Source of the DNA: Candidatus Omnitrophota bacterium
Lineage (GTDB): Bacteria; Omnitrophota; Gorgyraeia; Aquiviventales; Aquiviventaceae
Length of the DNA: 64,000 bases
Direction: 5' to 3'
Assembly (NCBI GenBank): GCA_016198905.1
Contig: JACQHR010000002.1
Location: 1,418 to 65,417, forward strand
Positions 50,371 through 58,672 of this stretch are shown piece after piece. Position 1 is the first letter of the stretch. Each line of letters opens with the position of its first letter. The position numbers and the translations under genes were made by a program. Under the pieces are notes generated by a model. That model searched no databases. It was not told where the DNA came from and saw nothing but the letters and a program-made list of their open reading frames with translations.

Positions 50371-51738
50371 TCCGCGCGTGTCCACATCGCGGTGCATGCC
50401 GATCTGCTCGAGTGCGTCATCAGGATGGCTGCTGTACTGTTGGCAGAGTGCGGTGACCGCGGCGATGTCCTGAAAGCGACCGGTCATCGCCATACGCTTC
50501 AAGATCTTGGCCCGGCGCGCGGTTTCCTCCATGATCTGTGCGGGGGTGCGCCCGGATTCCGTCGCGAGTTTATCGCGGTAAATACTGCTGGGAGATGACT
50601 CAGCCAGCTGATGCCGGTCGTGATCGTAACTCCACAACGTCGTCAGCAAGACGACCTGATGCTCCATGCCGGCCGTCTCGACCAGCTCACAGACGATGCG
50701 GGAAACTTTCCCTTCGATGTTCGTCTTTCGCAGGATCACGAACACGTCCACCAGGCTCACGAGCACCGGCGGCACGTTCATTGGCGCGTTCTGCAGGCGC
50801 AGGATGGTCTCGCGCGCGGAGGTCGCATGCACGGTGCTCATGCAGTACTTCCCCAGATTGATCGCCGTCATGAGGTCGTGCGCTTCAGCCCCCCGGACTT
50901 CTCCGACGAGAATCCGCTCCGGCCGCATCCGCAGGCTGTTCTTCACGAGGGCGTCCATCTTGGCGCGGCGGCAGCTCTCGAGTCGTGAGCAGTTCTCCAA
51001 GAAACTGGTATTGAGCTCCAGCGTATCCTCGATGGTCACCACGCGTTCCTTCGGTGGGATAAAGCTGAGCAGCGCATTCAGCAACGTCGTCTTCCCGGTG
51101 CCAGGGCCGCCGGAGATGATGAGGTTTGCGGGTCGGACCTGCAATCCCTCGACGTACATCCACAATTGCGCCGCGACGTCGTAGGGCAAGGCCCCGTTCT
51201 CGATCAGTTGGAGGATCGTCAGCGGATGCGGTTTGCCGCGCGTGATCGTAATTTGCGGGCCAAACGGCGAGGCGATGATGTTGACCCGGCCTCGGACATC
51301 GGCGAGTTCAAGGTCGTTGATCATGTCCGCCTCCGCGCGCCCGCCAAAAATCAGGAGCTTCTTCACGAACACCGCCAGCTGCTGCATGGTGGCAAACCGA
51401 CGCTCGGTTTTCACGAGCCCCTCGCCGAGCTTGTGCACGAAAATGGGTTCGGTGGCGTTGATGATGATGTCTTCGACGGCCGGGTCGTTGAGAAACTCTT
51501 CGATGAGGTCGTAGGAGAGAAACGCGTGCAGGAATGCCTGGCGCTGGGCGCCGTCGGACAGATCGGGGAAGCCGTTACGATGCTCCGCGTAGAGCCGCTC
51601 TAGGGCGTCACCGACCAGTCGGCGCCGCTCCTCAAGCGGCTGAATGAGCGTCAGCTGCCCTTTGAGACTCTCGAGCAGCGCGTCGGTGAGGACGAGGAAC
51701 GCCGACGGATCCGACGGCAGAAACGGCTCCGCGTTCAT
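50362..51738 (-). CDS. TadA/CpaF/VirB11-family secretion ATPase
   Basis: GGPGTGKTT, TIEDTLEL, LRMRPERILVGEVRG, STVHA. Confidence 0.9.
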   Translation of the reverse strand: MNAEPFLPSDPSAFLVLTDALLESLKGQLTLIQPLEERRRLVGDALERLYAEHRNGFPDLSDGAQRQAFLHAFLSYDLIEEFLNDPAVEDIIINATEPIFVHKLGEGLVKTERRFATMQQLAVFVKKLLIFGGRAEADMINDLELADVRGRVNIIASPFGPQITITRGKPHPLTILQLIENGALPYDVAAQLWMYVEGLQVRPANLIISGGPGTGKTTLLNALLSFIPPKERVVTIEDTLELNTSFLENCSRLESCRRAKMDALVKNSLRMRPERILVGEVRGAEAHDLMTAINLGKYCMSTVHATSARETILRLQNAPMNVPPVLVSLVDVFVILRKTNIEGKVSRIVCELVETAGMEHQVVLLTTLWSYDHDRHQLAESSPSSIYRDKLATESGRTPAQIMEETARRAKILKRMAMTGRFQDIAAVTALCQQYSSHPDDALEQIGMHRDVDTRGKK

Positions 51739-51813
51739 GATGCGTTTTATCCTCCTGGCAGCGGCAACGTCGTGGGACACGCCACCTTAAGTGTACCTGA
51801 CCTCGTCGGTCCA

Positions 51814-51841
51814 TTGACAAGTCAACAGAACTTGCTATGGT
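51814..51841 (+). promoter_or_regulatory. Sigma70-type promoter of the metal uptake operon
   Basis: TTGACA-N16-TATGGT with extended TG. Confidence 0.55.
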
Positions 51842-51962
51842 AATACCCGAAGCTGTGATGCTGCAGAGTGCGTGATCGGCAGAATCACACGAACATCGGA
51901 CAGCGCCGCGCCTACAACTTCCTTGACGGCGTGGTAGAGCGACAGCACGTTCACCGGCCCTC

Positions 51963-52262
51963 ATGAAACGCACCACACAACTTCAACGCGTTCTCGCAAC
52001 GGTACTCGGTGTTGGTGCCGCGGCGATCCTGCTGACAGCAGGATTGCCGCACGATCACAGCCATTCCGCCGCGTCGCATCCTGCGCAATCGTGCCGTGTC
52101 TGCAGAATTCAAGAGAACTTTACCGCGACCCCGCCAGCTTCGGCATTCGTCCCGCGGCCGCTGGCATGTGTTGTCCACGCTTCACAGACTCCTCAAGAGG
52201 CGCCCCGACTTCTTTGCGTGGGTCGCCTGGCACGCTCCCGTGCGCCTCCCGCATCCTCCTAA
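51963..52262 (+). CDS. DUF2946-like leader protein with His-rich CxxC and C-terminal RAPP
   Basis: Signal-like N-terminus, HDHSH, CRVC, SRAPPASS-stop. Confidence 0.7.
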   Translation: MKRTTQLQRVLATVLGVGAAAILLTAGLPHDHSHSAASHPAQSCRVCRIQENFTATPPASAFVPRPLACVVHASQTPQEAPRLLCVGRLARSRAPPASS

Positions 52263-52346
52263 GCTCAGTCGCTCGTTCGTGCCCGTTCCAGCGTGACTGG
52301 CAGCGCACCACTTAGACGGTGCGGCTGCAATACTGAGGAGGCTCCA

Positions 52347-53624
52347 ATGAAGTCCGCATTCTTCTTAATGTTAGGATGTGCGCTCGTGACGCCATCTGCG
52401 TGGGCCGATCCATCGGCTGACGAGTTCGCCACCTTGCGCGCAAGCGTGCGGGAGCTCACCGCGCTCGTCCAACAGCTCACCACGACGGTCCAAGCCCAAC
52501 AGCAGCGCATCAGCCAGCTCGAACACGCCGCACCGAGCCCGACCCAATGGCCGGCTCCGCCATCGAGCGCTCCATCAACGGCGCGCACCTTCTCCGGCAC
52601 GAACCTCTCCGCGTTCAATCCGGAGATCGGCGTCTTAGCCGATATCGTGGGCCAGCTCTCCGAGAGCGGCGCAGACGGCGAGGGGAATGATACGCTCAGC
52701 GCCCGGGAACTCGAACTGGTCTTCGGGCATCCCATTGACCCGTATTCCCGGTTGGATGTGACGGCGACGTTCTCCGACGTTGAGGCGGCATCCTTGGAGG
52801 AAGCCTACATCACGCACTGGGGACTGCCCGGCGAGATCAAGGCGCAGATCGGCCGCCTGCGGCCGAAAGTCGGGAAAGCAAGCGCGCTCCACCGCGATTC
52901 GCTCGAGACCGTCGATGAACCGCTCGTGGTGACCCAGTATCTGGGAGCCGAAGGCTTGTCACGCACCGGCGCTCAGCTGTCAGGTTTTCTGCCGACGCCG
53001 TGGACCGTGGTCACGCATGAGCTGACCGCAGGCCTGATGGAGGGCGGAGTGGGCGAGGGCGGGACCCTCTTTGGATCCACGCGCCGGCGCCCATCCTTCT
53101 ACACGCACCTGAAGAACTTCTGGGATGTGGCGGACACCTCCAACATCGAGTTGGGGGCGACGTATCTGCTCGGATCGAAAGATGCGGATGCGGCCTACGA
53201 GGTCAACGCGTTAGGGCTCGACGCCACCCTCGTGCATTACGTGACGCCAAACAATAAATTGAAGTGGCAGAACGAGGCGTACCTCCAGGAGCGGAAAGAA
53301 TCGTTCAGCGTTGCGGAAGATGGGACCCGGACGAACTTCGGGAAAAACCCGTTTGGACTCTACTCGCTGCTGGACTATCGCGCCAGTCCGCGCACTGGCG
53401 TCGGCGGCCGGTTTGATTACGTCGAGCCCATCGATCTTGACCCAACGACGCGCGTTCGGGACGCGGATATCGCCTGGGCCGGGTATCTGACGTTTTACCA
53501 GAGCGAGTTTGCGCGCTGGCGACTCCAGTTTAAACACACCGACTTCGCGCTCGGCGGCGACGACAACACGATCTTCGCCCAAGCCACCGTGGTGATCGGC
53601 GTGCACAAGCATCAACTCCAATAG
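52347..53624 (+). CDS. Outer-membrane porin-like protein of the metal uptake operon
   Basis: Signal peptide, coiled coil, FNPEIG, EEAY, SEFARWRLQF, IGVHKH. Confidence 0.75.
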   Translation: MKSAFFLMLGCALVTPSAWADPSADEFATLRASVRELTALVQQLTTTVQAQQQRISQLEHAAPSPTQWPAPPSSAPSTARTFSGTNLSAFNPEIGVLADIVGQLSESGADGEGNDTLSARELELVFGHPIDPYSRLDVTATFSDVEAASLEEAYITHWGLPGEIKAQIGRLRPKVGKASALHRDSLETVDEPLVVTQYLGAEGLSRTGAQLSGFLPTPWTVVTHELTAGLMEGGVGEGGTLFGSTRRRPSFYTHLKNFWDVADTSNIELGATYLLGSKDADAAYEVNALGLDATLVHYVTPNNKLKWQNEAYLQERKESFSVAEDGTRTNFGKNPFGLYSLLDYRASPRTGVGGRFDYVEPIDLDPTTRVRDADIAWAGYLTFYQSEFARWRLQFKHTDFALGGDDNTIFAQATVVIGVHKHQLQ

Positions 53625-53665
53625 ACTGGAGACCTGAGACTGGAGACCTGAGACAGCAGACAGAC
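53623..53665 (+). repeat. Heptamer tandem repeat (AGACNNN)n
   Basis: AGACTGG AGACCTG AGACTGG AGACCTG AGACAGC AGAC AGAC. Confidence 0.7.
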
Positions 53666-53699
53666 AAGAAAACAGACTCACAACAGGAAGGACTCTATC

Positions 53700-54626
53700 A
53701 TGAAATACCAACGATGGCTGCCAAACCTCCTCGCTGCCTGGTTCATGATGGCGGCCGTGAACGTCCATGCAGCAGACAAGCCGCTGAAGGTGGTCACGAC
53801 GTTATCGACATTCGCGGATCTGGTCAAGACGATCGGAGGCGACCACGTGGACGTCTCGGCGATTGCCTCGCCAAAATTCAACGCCCACTTCATCGAGCCC
53901 AAACCCAGCGATGTCGTGAAGGTGCAGCGGGCGGACCTGTTCCTCCACGCAGGGCTTGATCTCGAACTCTGGCGCGGGCCGCTGTTGGACGCGGCAGGGA
54001 ACACGCGACTGTTTGCGGGACAGCCCGGCGAGTTAGATCTGTCTCAGGGGATTCCCCTGCTGGAAGTCCCCACCGGTGCGGTGAGCCGCTCGCAAGGGGA
54101 CATCCACATCTACGGCAACCCGCACTACTGGGTCGATCCGGAGAACGCGATCATCATGGCGAAAGCCATTGCGGCCAAACTGAGCGCATTGGATCCCGAC
54201 CACGCCGCAGCCTATGATGAACGCATGCGCGCATGGACCCGGCAACTGAGCCAGCGCATCGAGGTCTGGCGTCAGGCGGCCCGCGCGATCCGGGGCCATG
54301 AACTGGTGGCGTACCACAATGAGTGGCCCTACCTCCTCAACTTCTTGGGGCTGCACGCCGAGCAATTCCTCGAGCCGAAGCCCGGGATCCCGCCGACCCC
54401 CAAACAGGTGCAATTCCTCGAGCGGTACATGAAGGAGCGCCATATCCGAGGGATTATCCAGTCCACGTACTTTCCGAAAGATGCGGCAGGGACCTTGGCG
54501 AAGCGCACCGGGGCCACCGTCGTGCTCTTATGTCAAAGCGTCGGCGAAGTGCCCCACGCATCGGATTATATCGCGATGACGGACTATAATATCCAACAAC
54601 TGACACACGCGCTGGGTGGGACCTAA
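53700..54626 (+). CDS. Zn/Mn ABC transporter substrate-binding protein (ZnuA/TroA family)
   Basis: NAHFIEPKPSD, GNPHYWVDP, YHNEW, EPKPGIPP. Confidence 0.92.
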   Translation: MKYQRWLPNLLAAWFMMAAVNVHAADKPLKVVTTLSTFADLVKTIGGDHVDVSAIASPKFNAHFIEPKPSDVVKVQRADLFLHAGLDLELWRGPLLDAAGNTRLFAGQPGELDLSQGIPLLEVPTGAVSRSQGDIHIYGNPHYWVDPENAIIMAKAIAAKLSALDPDHAAAYDERMRAWTRQLSQRIEVWRQAARAIRGHELVAYHNEWPYLLNFLGLHAEQFLEPKPGIPPTPKQVQFLERYMKERHIRGIIQSTYFPKDAAGTLAKRTGATVVLLCQSVGEVPHASDYIAMTDYNIQQLTHALGGT

Positions 54627-54649
54627 ACTGAGAGCTTGAGGAGCGACGC

Positions 54650-55465
54650 ATGCCACAGTTCTTTCAGGTGATGCTGGAGCCATTCCTTGCGTGCTTGATC
54701 CTCACTGGCATCCATGCGTACTTAGGTCTGCATGTGATCGAGCGCGAAGTCATCTTCGTCGACCTCGCACTCGCGCAAGTGGCGTCATTCGGGGCGACGC
54801 TCGGATTCCTCTGGGGATTTGGGCTACACTCGACGCCGGGGTATCTGACGGCGCTGAGCTTTACGCTCGTGGGGGCCGCGATCTTTGCGATGACGCGCTT
54901 GCGCAAGCCGATCGTGCCGCAGGAGTCGCTCATCGGCGTCGTCTATGCCGTCTGCGCGGCGGCCTCCATTTTGGTGCTCAGTCGTGCGCCTGAGGGTGGG
55001 GAAGAGCTGAAAGCGCTGCTGGTCGGGCACCTGCTCTTCGTGGACTGGAGGGAGATCGTCAAAATTTCTCTCCTCTATAGCACGATCGGCGTGATTCACT
55101 GGCTGGCGCGCAAGCCGCTGCTGGCGATCTCGCAAGATCCTGAAGGCGCCTTCGCCAGGGGTCTGCGGGTGCGGTGGTGGGACTTCCTCTTCTATGCGAC
55201 GTTCGGGTTCGTGGTGACCAGCTCCGTCGAGCTGGCCGGCGTGCTGCTCGTCTTCTCGTTTCTGATTGTCCCGGCGATTTGCGGAGTACTCCTCGCGCAG
55301 CGGATCGGCTCGCGGCTGCTCGTCGGGTGGGCGGCCGGCACGGTGACGAGCGTCGCAGGGATGATCGCGTCCTATGTCTGGGATCTGCCGACCGGGGCGA
55401 CCGTCGTCTGCGCCTTCGGGGTGTGCCTCGTGCTTTGCGCCGCCATCCGCGCCCTCAAGCGCTAG
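54650..55465 (+). CDS. Zn/Mn ABC transporter permease (ZnuB family)
   Basis: IFVDLALAQ, GVLLVFSFLIVPA, DLPTGATVV. Confidence 0.9.
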   Translation: MPQFFQVMLEPFLACLILTGIHAYLGLHVIEREVIFVDLALAQVASFGATLGFLWGFGLHSTPGYLTALSFTLVGAAIFAMTRLRKPIVPQESLIGVVYAVCAAASILVLSRAPEGGEELKALLVGHLLFVDWREIVKISLLYSTIGVIHWLARKPLLAISQDPEGAFARGLRVRWWDFLFYATFGFVVTSSVELAGVLLVFSFLIVPAICGVLLAQRIGSRLLVGWAAGTVTSVAGMIASYVWDLPTGATVVCAFGVCLVLCAAIRALKR

Positions 55466-55474
55466 CGCCTCATC

Positions 55475-55491
55475 TTGGGGTCTGACCCCAA
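55475..55491. repeat. REP-like palindrome TTGGGGTCTGACCCCAA
   Basis: Same core as 50300 and 50340; just after the permease stop codon. Confidence 0.55.
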
Positions 55492-55536
55492 AAAGTCAAT
55501 GGCGAGACTTTGGAGCGTGTGTTAGGTTAATACGAG

Positions 55537-56928
55537 ATGCCAATGGCTGGCACGAGTTCGGTGGGATTCAATCGATACGCCCTCAGCGCTGTGGTCTTCG
55601 TCATAGGATCAGGCGTGGCGGTATCTGCTGAGCGCCCTGCGTCTAATCTCAAGGCGGGCCGGACCGCGTATGAGCAGTCGTGCGCCCGCTGCCACGGGGT
55701 GAACGGAGAAGGGGACGGTGTTGACGCGAAGCGGTTCTACCCGCGCCCGCGGAATTTCAAGCTGGGCGCCTACAAGTTCCGCACCTCGGTGAGCGACGTG
55801 CCCCCCACCGACGAGGATCTCTTTCATACCATCACCTATGGGTTACCGGGTACGAATATGCCGGACTGGCAGCATTTTGATGAAACAACCCGCTGGCAAT
55901 TGGTCGACTACCTCAAGAGCCTTTCCCCTCGCTTTCAGGAATCTCGACCCAAGCCGGTGCCGATCAAAGAGACCGGCCCAACGCCGGATCTGACGAAGGG
56001 CAAGACACTCTTTCAGAAGTTCGGGTGCGTGGCTTGCCATGGCCCCAACGGACGAGCCAACGGAACGTCCGCGGCAGGACTCGTCGACGACTGGGGCATG
56101 CCGATTCGTCCCGCGAATCTGACTCAAGGATGGGCCTATCGCGGCGGCAGCGATCCGCGCTCGATCGTCTTTCGCGTGATGGCCGGCATCGAGGGAGCCG
56201 GCATGCCGTCATTTGCCGAGGCGATCTCCGAGGACGATGCCTGGCAGATGGCGTACTATGTCCAGTCGCTGCAGGAGCCGGCGCAGTGGAATATGATTGC
56301 GCACGCCAAAGTAGTGGGATCGTTGCCTGAGACCGCGACGGATCCGCGCTGGGCCTTGGCGGAGCGCACGAATGTGCGCCTGCGCCATGCGGTGAACGCT
56401 ACCGGTGAATGGGTCGTGCCACCGACGGTGCAGTCGGTGGCGGTGCAGATCATGGCGAATGACAAAGACGCGGTCTTTCGCCTCACGTGGGATGACCCCA
56501 CGCAGGATGAGAACACGCCGCACGACGGGTTGGCCGTGCTCCTGAAGCCCGCCGGCAGTCAAGGAGATGTGGTGACGCTCCAAGCCTGGCCGTACGACGG
56601 AGCGCCGGCGCTTGACCTGTGCTATTGGTCTGCGGAAACCGGCCAGGCGTTTGAAACGATCGCGACGGAATATGACAGCGTCCTGGCGCGCCAGACGCCG
56701 CAAGCGCTGGTGACCAGCACGGCGACGTACGAGGACGGTCGATGGACCCTCCTGCTGCGCCGCCCGCTGGAGCGGACGAGCCCTGACGCAGCTGCGGTGA
56801 TCGCGCGTGATGGGCTCACCGCCATGGCTTTTGCGGTCTGGGATGGCGGCAATCCGAAGGCGCGGGCGGTGTCTCCCTGGATCGACATTTCCGTGCGCTC
56901 AGGACACGCGCCATCGCATGCACGCTAA
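55537..56928 (+). CDS. Diheme cytochrome c with C-terminal DOMON/EbdC-like domain
   Basis: CARCH and CVACH; PRPRNF, GLPGTNMP; C-terminal WTLLLRRPL...AFAVWDG. Confidence 0.85.
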   Translation: MPMAGTSSVGFNRYALSAVVFVIGSGVAVSAERPASNLKAGRTAYEQSCARCHGVNGEGDGVDAKRFYPRPRNFKLGAYKFRTSVSDVPPTDEDLFHTITYGLPGTNMPDWQHFDETTRWQLVDYLKSLSPRFQESRPKPVPIKETGPTPDLTKGKTLFQKFGCVACHGPNGRANGTSAAGLVDDWGMPIRPANLTQGWAYRGGSDPRSIVFRVMAGIEGAGMPSFAEAISEDDAWQMAYYVQSLQEPAQWNMIAHAKVVGSLPETATDPRWALAERTNVRLRHAVNATGEWVVPPTVQSVAVQIMANDKDAVFRLTWDDPTQDENTPHDGLAVLLKPAGSQGDVVTLQAWPYDGAPALDLCYWSAETGQAFETIATEYDSVLARQTPQALVTSTATYEDGRWTLLLRRPLERTSPDAAAVIARDGLTAMAFAVWDGGNPKARAVSPWIDISVRSGHAPSHAR

Positions 56929-56968
56929 CGTGAGACAGGTTCGACACATAACCCAGAGGAGGTTGTCG

Positions 56969-57778
56969 ATGATACACGCCCGTTTTGTTTCTCCCACGCT
57001 GATCGCCGTGCTGGTGGCGATCGGATGTGGCAGCAGCAAGCCGCAAGACGCATCCGCCACGACCAACACGCACGACACGTCGAGCCCATCGGCGGTTCCG
57101 ATGCAACTCGCCGAGACCCCGGCTGGCACTCCGGCCGCGTCAGGGACCGGCACCATCCAGGTGACAGCCAAACTTGAGGGTACGGCGCCCAAGGCAGACA
57201 CGGTCAAGATGAGTGCCGATCCGGTTTGTCAGCAGAAGCACCAAACTCCGGTGTACGCCGAAGAAGTGGTGGTCAACGATGCTGGGATGCTCAAGAACGT
57301 GTTTGTATACGTCAAGGAAGGCGCCAGCGCCTCCGCTGCCGCGCCGACGACCCCGGTCACGCTCGAGCAGAACGGCTGCTGGTATGCGCCGCGCGTCTTC
57401 GGCATTCAGGTGAACCAACCGTTGGACATCGTCAACAGCGATGACACGCTGCACAACGTCAACGCCAAGCCCTTGCTGAACGCGCCGTTCAATGTCGCGC
57501 AGCCGAGTCCGATGAAGACGACAAAGAAATTCACCAAGCCGGAGATCATGGTGAAGTTTAAGTGCAACGTCCACCCATGGATGAACGCGTATGCCGGTAT
57601 CGTCGAGAACCCGTTCTTCGGCACGACCGATGCCAGCGGGACGACTTCGATCACGGGCTTGCCCGCGGGAACGTACACGCTCGAAGCATGGCAGGAAAAG
57701 TACGGCACGCGGACGCAGACCGTGACCCTTGGCAGCGGCGAGACGAAGTCGGTTTCGTTTACGTTCAAAGCGCAGTAA
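56969..57778 (+). CDS. Lipoprotein with cupredoxin-like and carboxypeptidase-regulatory-like domains
   Basis: IGC lipobox; NSDDTLHNV, KCNVHPWMNAY, GLPAGTYTLEAWQE. Confidence 0.8.
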   Translation: MIHARFVSPTLIAVLVAIGCGSSKPQDASATTNTHDTSSPSAVPMQLAETPAGTPAASGTGTIQVTAKLEGTAPKADTVKMSADPVCQQKHQTPVYAEEVVVNDAGMLKNVFVYVKEGASASAAAPTTPVTLEQNGCWYAPRVFGIQVNQPLDIVNSDDTLHNVNAKPLLNAPFNVAQPSPMKTTKKFTKPEIMVKFKCNVHPWMNAYAGIVENPFFGTTDASGTTSITGLPAGTYTLEAWQEKYGTRTQTVTLGSGETKSVSFTFKAQ

Positions 57779-57784
57779 CAGCGC

Positions 57785-58672
57785 ATGTTTTCGGGACTCA
57801 AGACTCAAGACGCAAGACTCGAGACTGAAGGTCGCAACATTCGCCATGAGTCTTGCGTCTTGAGTCTTGGGTCGCTCTTTTGTGTTACAGCGCTGCTCGT
57901 GTGGCTCATTGCGCCGCGCAGCGTCTGGGCCGCTGAGCCGCCAGTACGGATCTGGCTGCCCGAGGGGATTACGACGACCTCGCCCGCCATCGATCACCTC
58001 TTCTACTTGATCCTGTGGATTACAGGAGGCGTGTTCTTTCTCGTCCAAGCGACGCTCCTCATCTTTCTCGTGCGGTATCGCCAACGCCCTGGGCGCGTCG
58101 CGGCCTACACGCACGGCAGCTCGCTCGCGGAGATCATCTGGACGGTGATCCCGGCGATCATTCTCGTGTTCCTGGCATTTCGCAGCCAGCATGTGTGGTC
58201 GTCCGTGCGCGGCACGCCGCCGCCTGAAGACCTGCGCATCGAAGTGACCGCGCAGCAATTCGCCTGGAACATCCACTATCCCGGACCGGATCAGCTCTTG
58301 GGACGCACAGATCCCACACTGGTCGACGAAGCGACGAATCCGATTGGACTCGATCATCAGGATCCGCACGCGGCGGATGATCTGGTGACCGTTAACCAGT
58401 TGCACCTGCCCGTCGACAAAATAGTGCTGATCAACCTGAGATCCAAGGACGTGATCCACAGTTTCTTCGTGCCGCAATTCCGCATGAAGTTGGACGCGGT
58501 GCCCGGCCTGACCGGCCACCTGTGGGTCAAGGCGACGAAGAGCGGCGCCTACGAAATCGTGTGCGCGGAGCTCTGCGGCTTGGGGCACTATCGGATGCGG
58601 GGATTCCTGGTCGTGGAACCCGACGCAGCCTTTCAGGCGTGGTGGACGCAGATGGTCAAGGAGCAAGGATAA
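57785..58672 (+). CDS. coxB: Cytochrome c oxidase subunit II
   Basis: EIIWTVIP, QQFAW, DVIHSF, CAELCGLGHYRM CuA site. Confidence 0.95.
   Translation: MFSGLKTQDARLETEGRNIRHESCVLSLGSLFCVTALLVWLIAPRSVWAAEPPVRIWLPEGITTTSPAIDHLFYLILWITGGVFFLVQATLLIFLVRYRQRPGRVAAYTHGSSLAEIIWTVIPAIILVFLAFRSQHVWSSVRGTPPPEDLRIEVTAQQFAWNIHYPGPDQLLGRTDPTLVDEATNPIGLDHQDPHAADDLVTVNQLHLPVDKIVLINLRSKDVIHSFFVPQFRMKLDAVPGLTGHLWVKATKSGAYEIVCAELCGLGHYRMRGFLVVEPDAAFQAWWTQMVKEQG
57795..57873. repeat. Inverted pair of heptamer repeats within the coxB 5' coding region
   Basis: 57795-57820 vs 57848-57873 match 25/26 as an inverted repeat. Confidence 0.8.

Noticed and set aside
51848-51962. NiCo, yybP-ykoY or cobalamin riboswitch
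   Set aside because: Conserved core nucleotides not recognisable by eye; kept only as an unassigned structured leader
53623-53680. CRISPR-like repeats
   Set aside because: Period-7 tandem repeat without spacers; no cas genes
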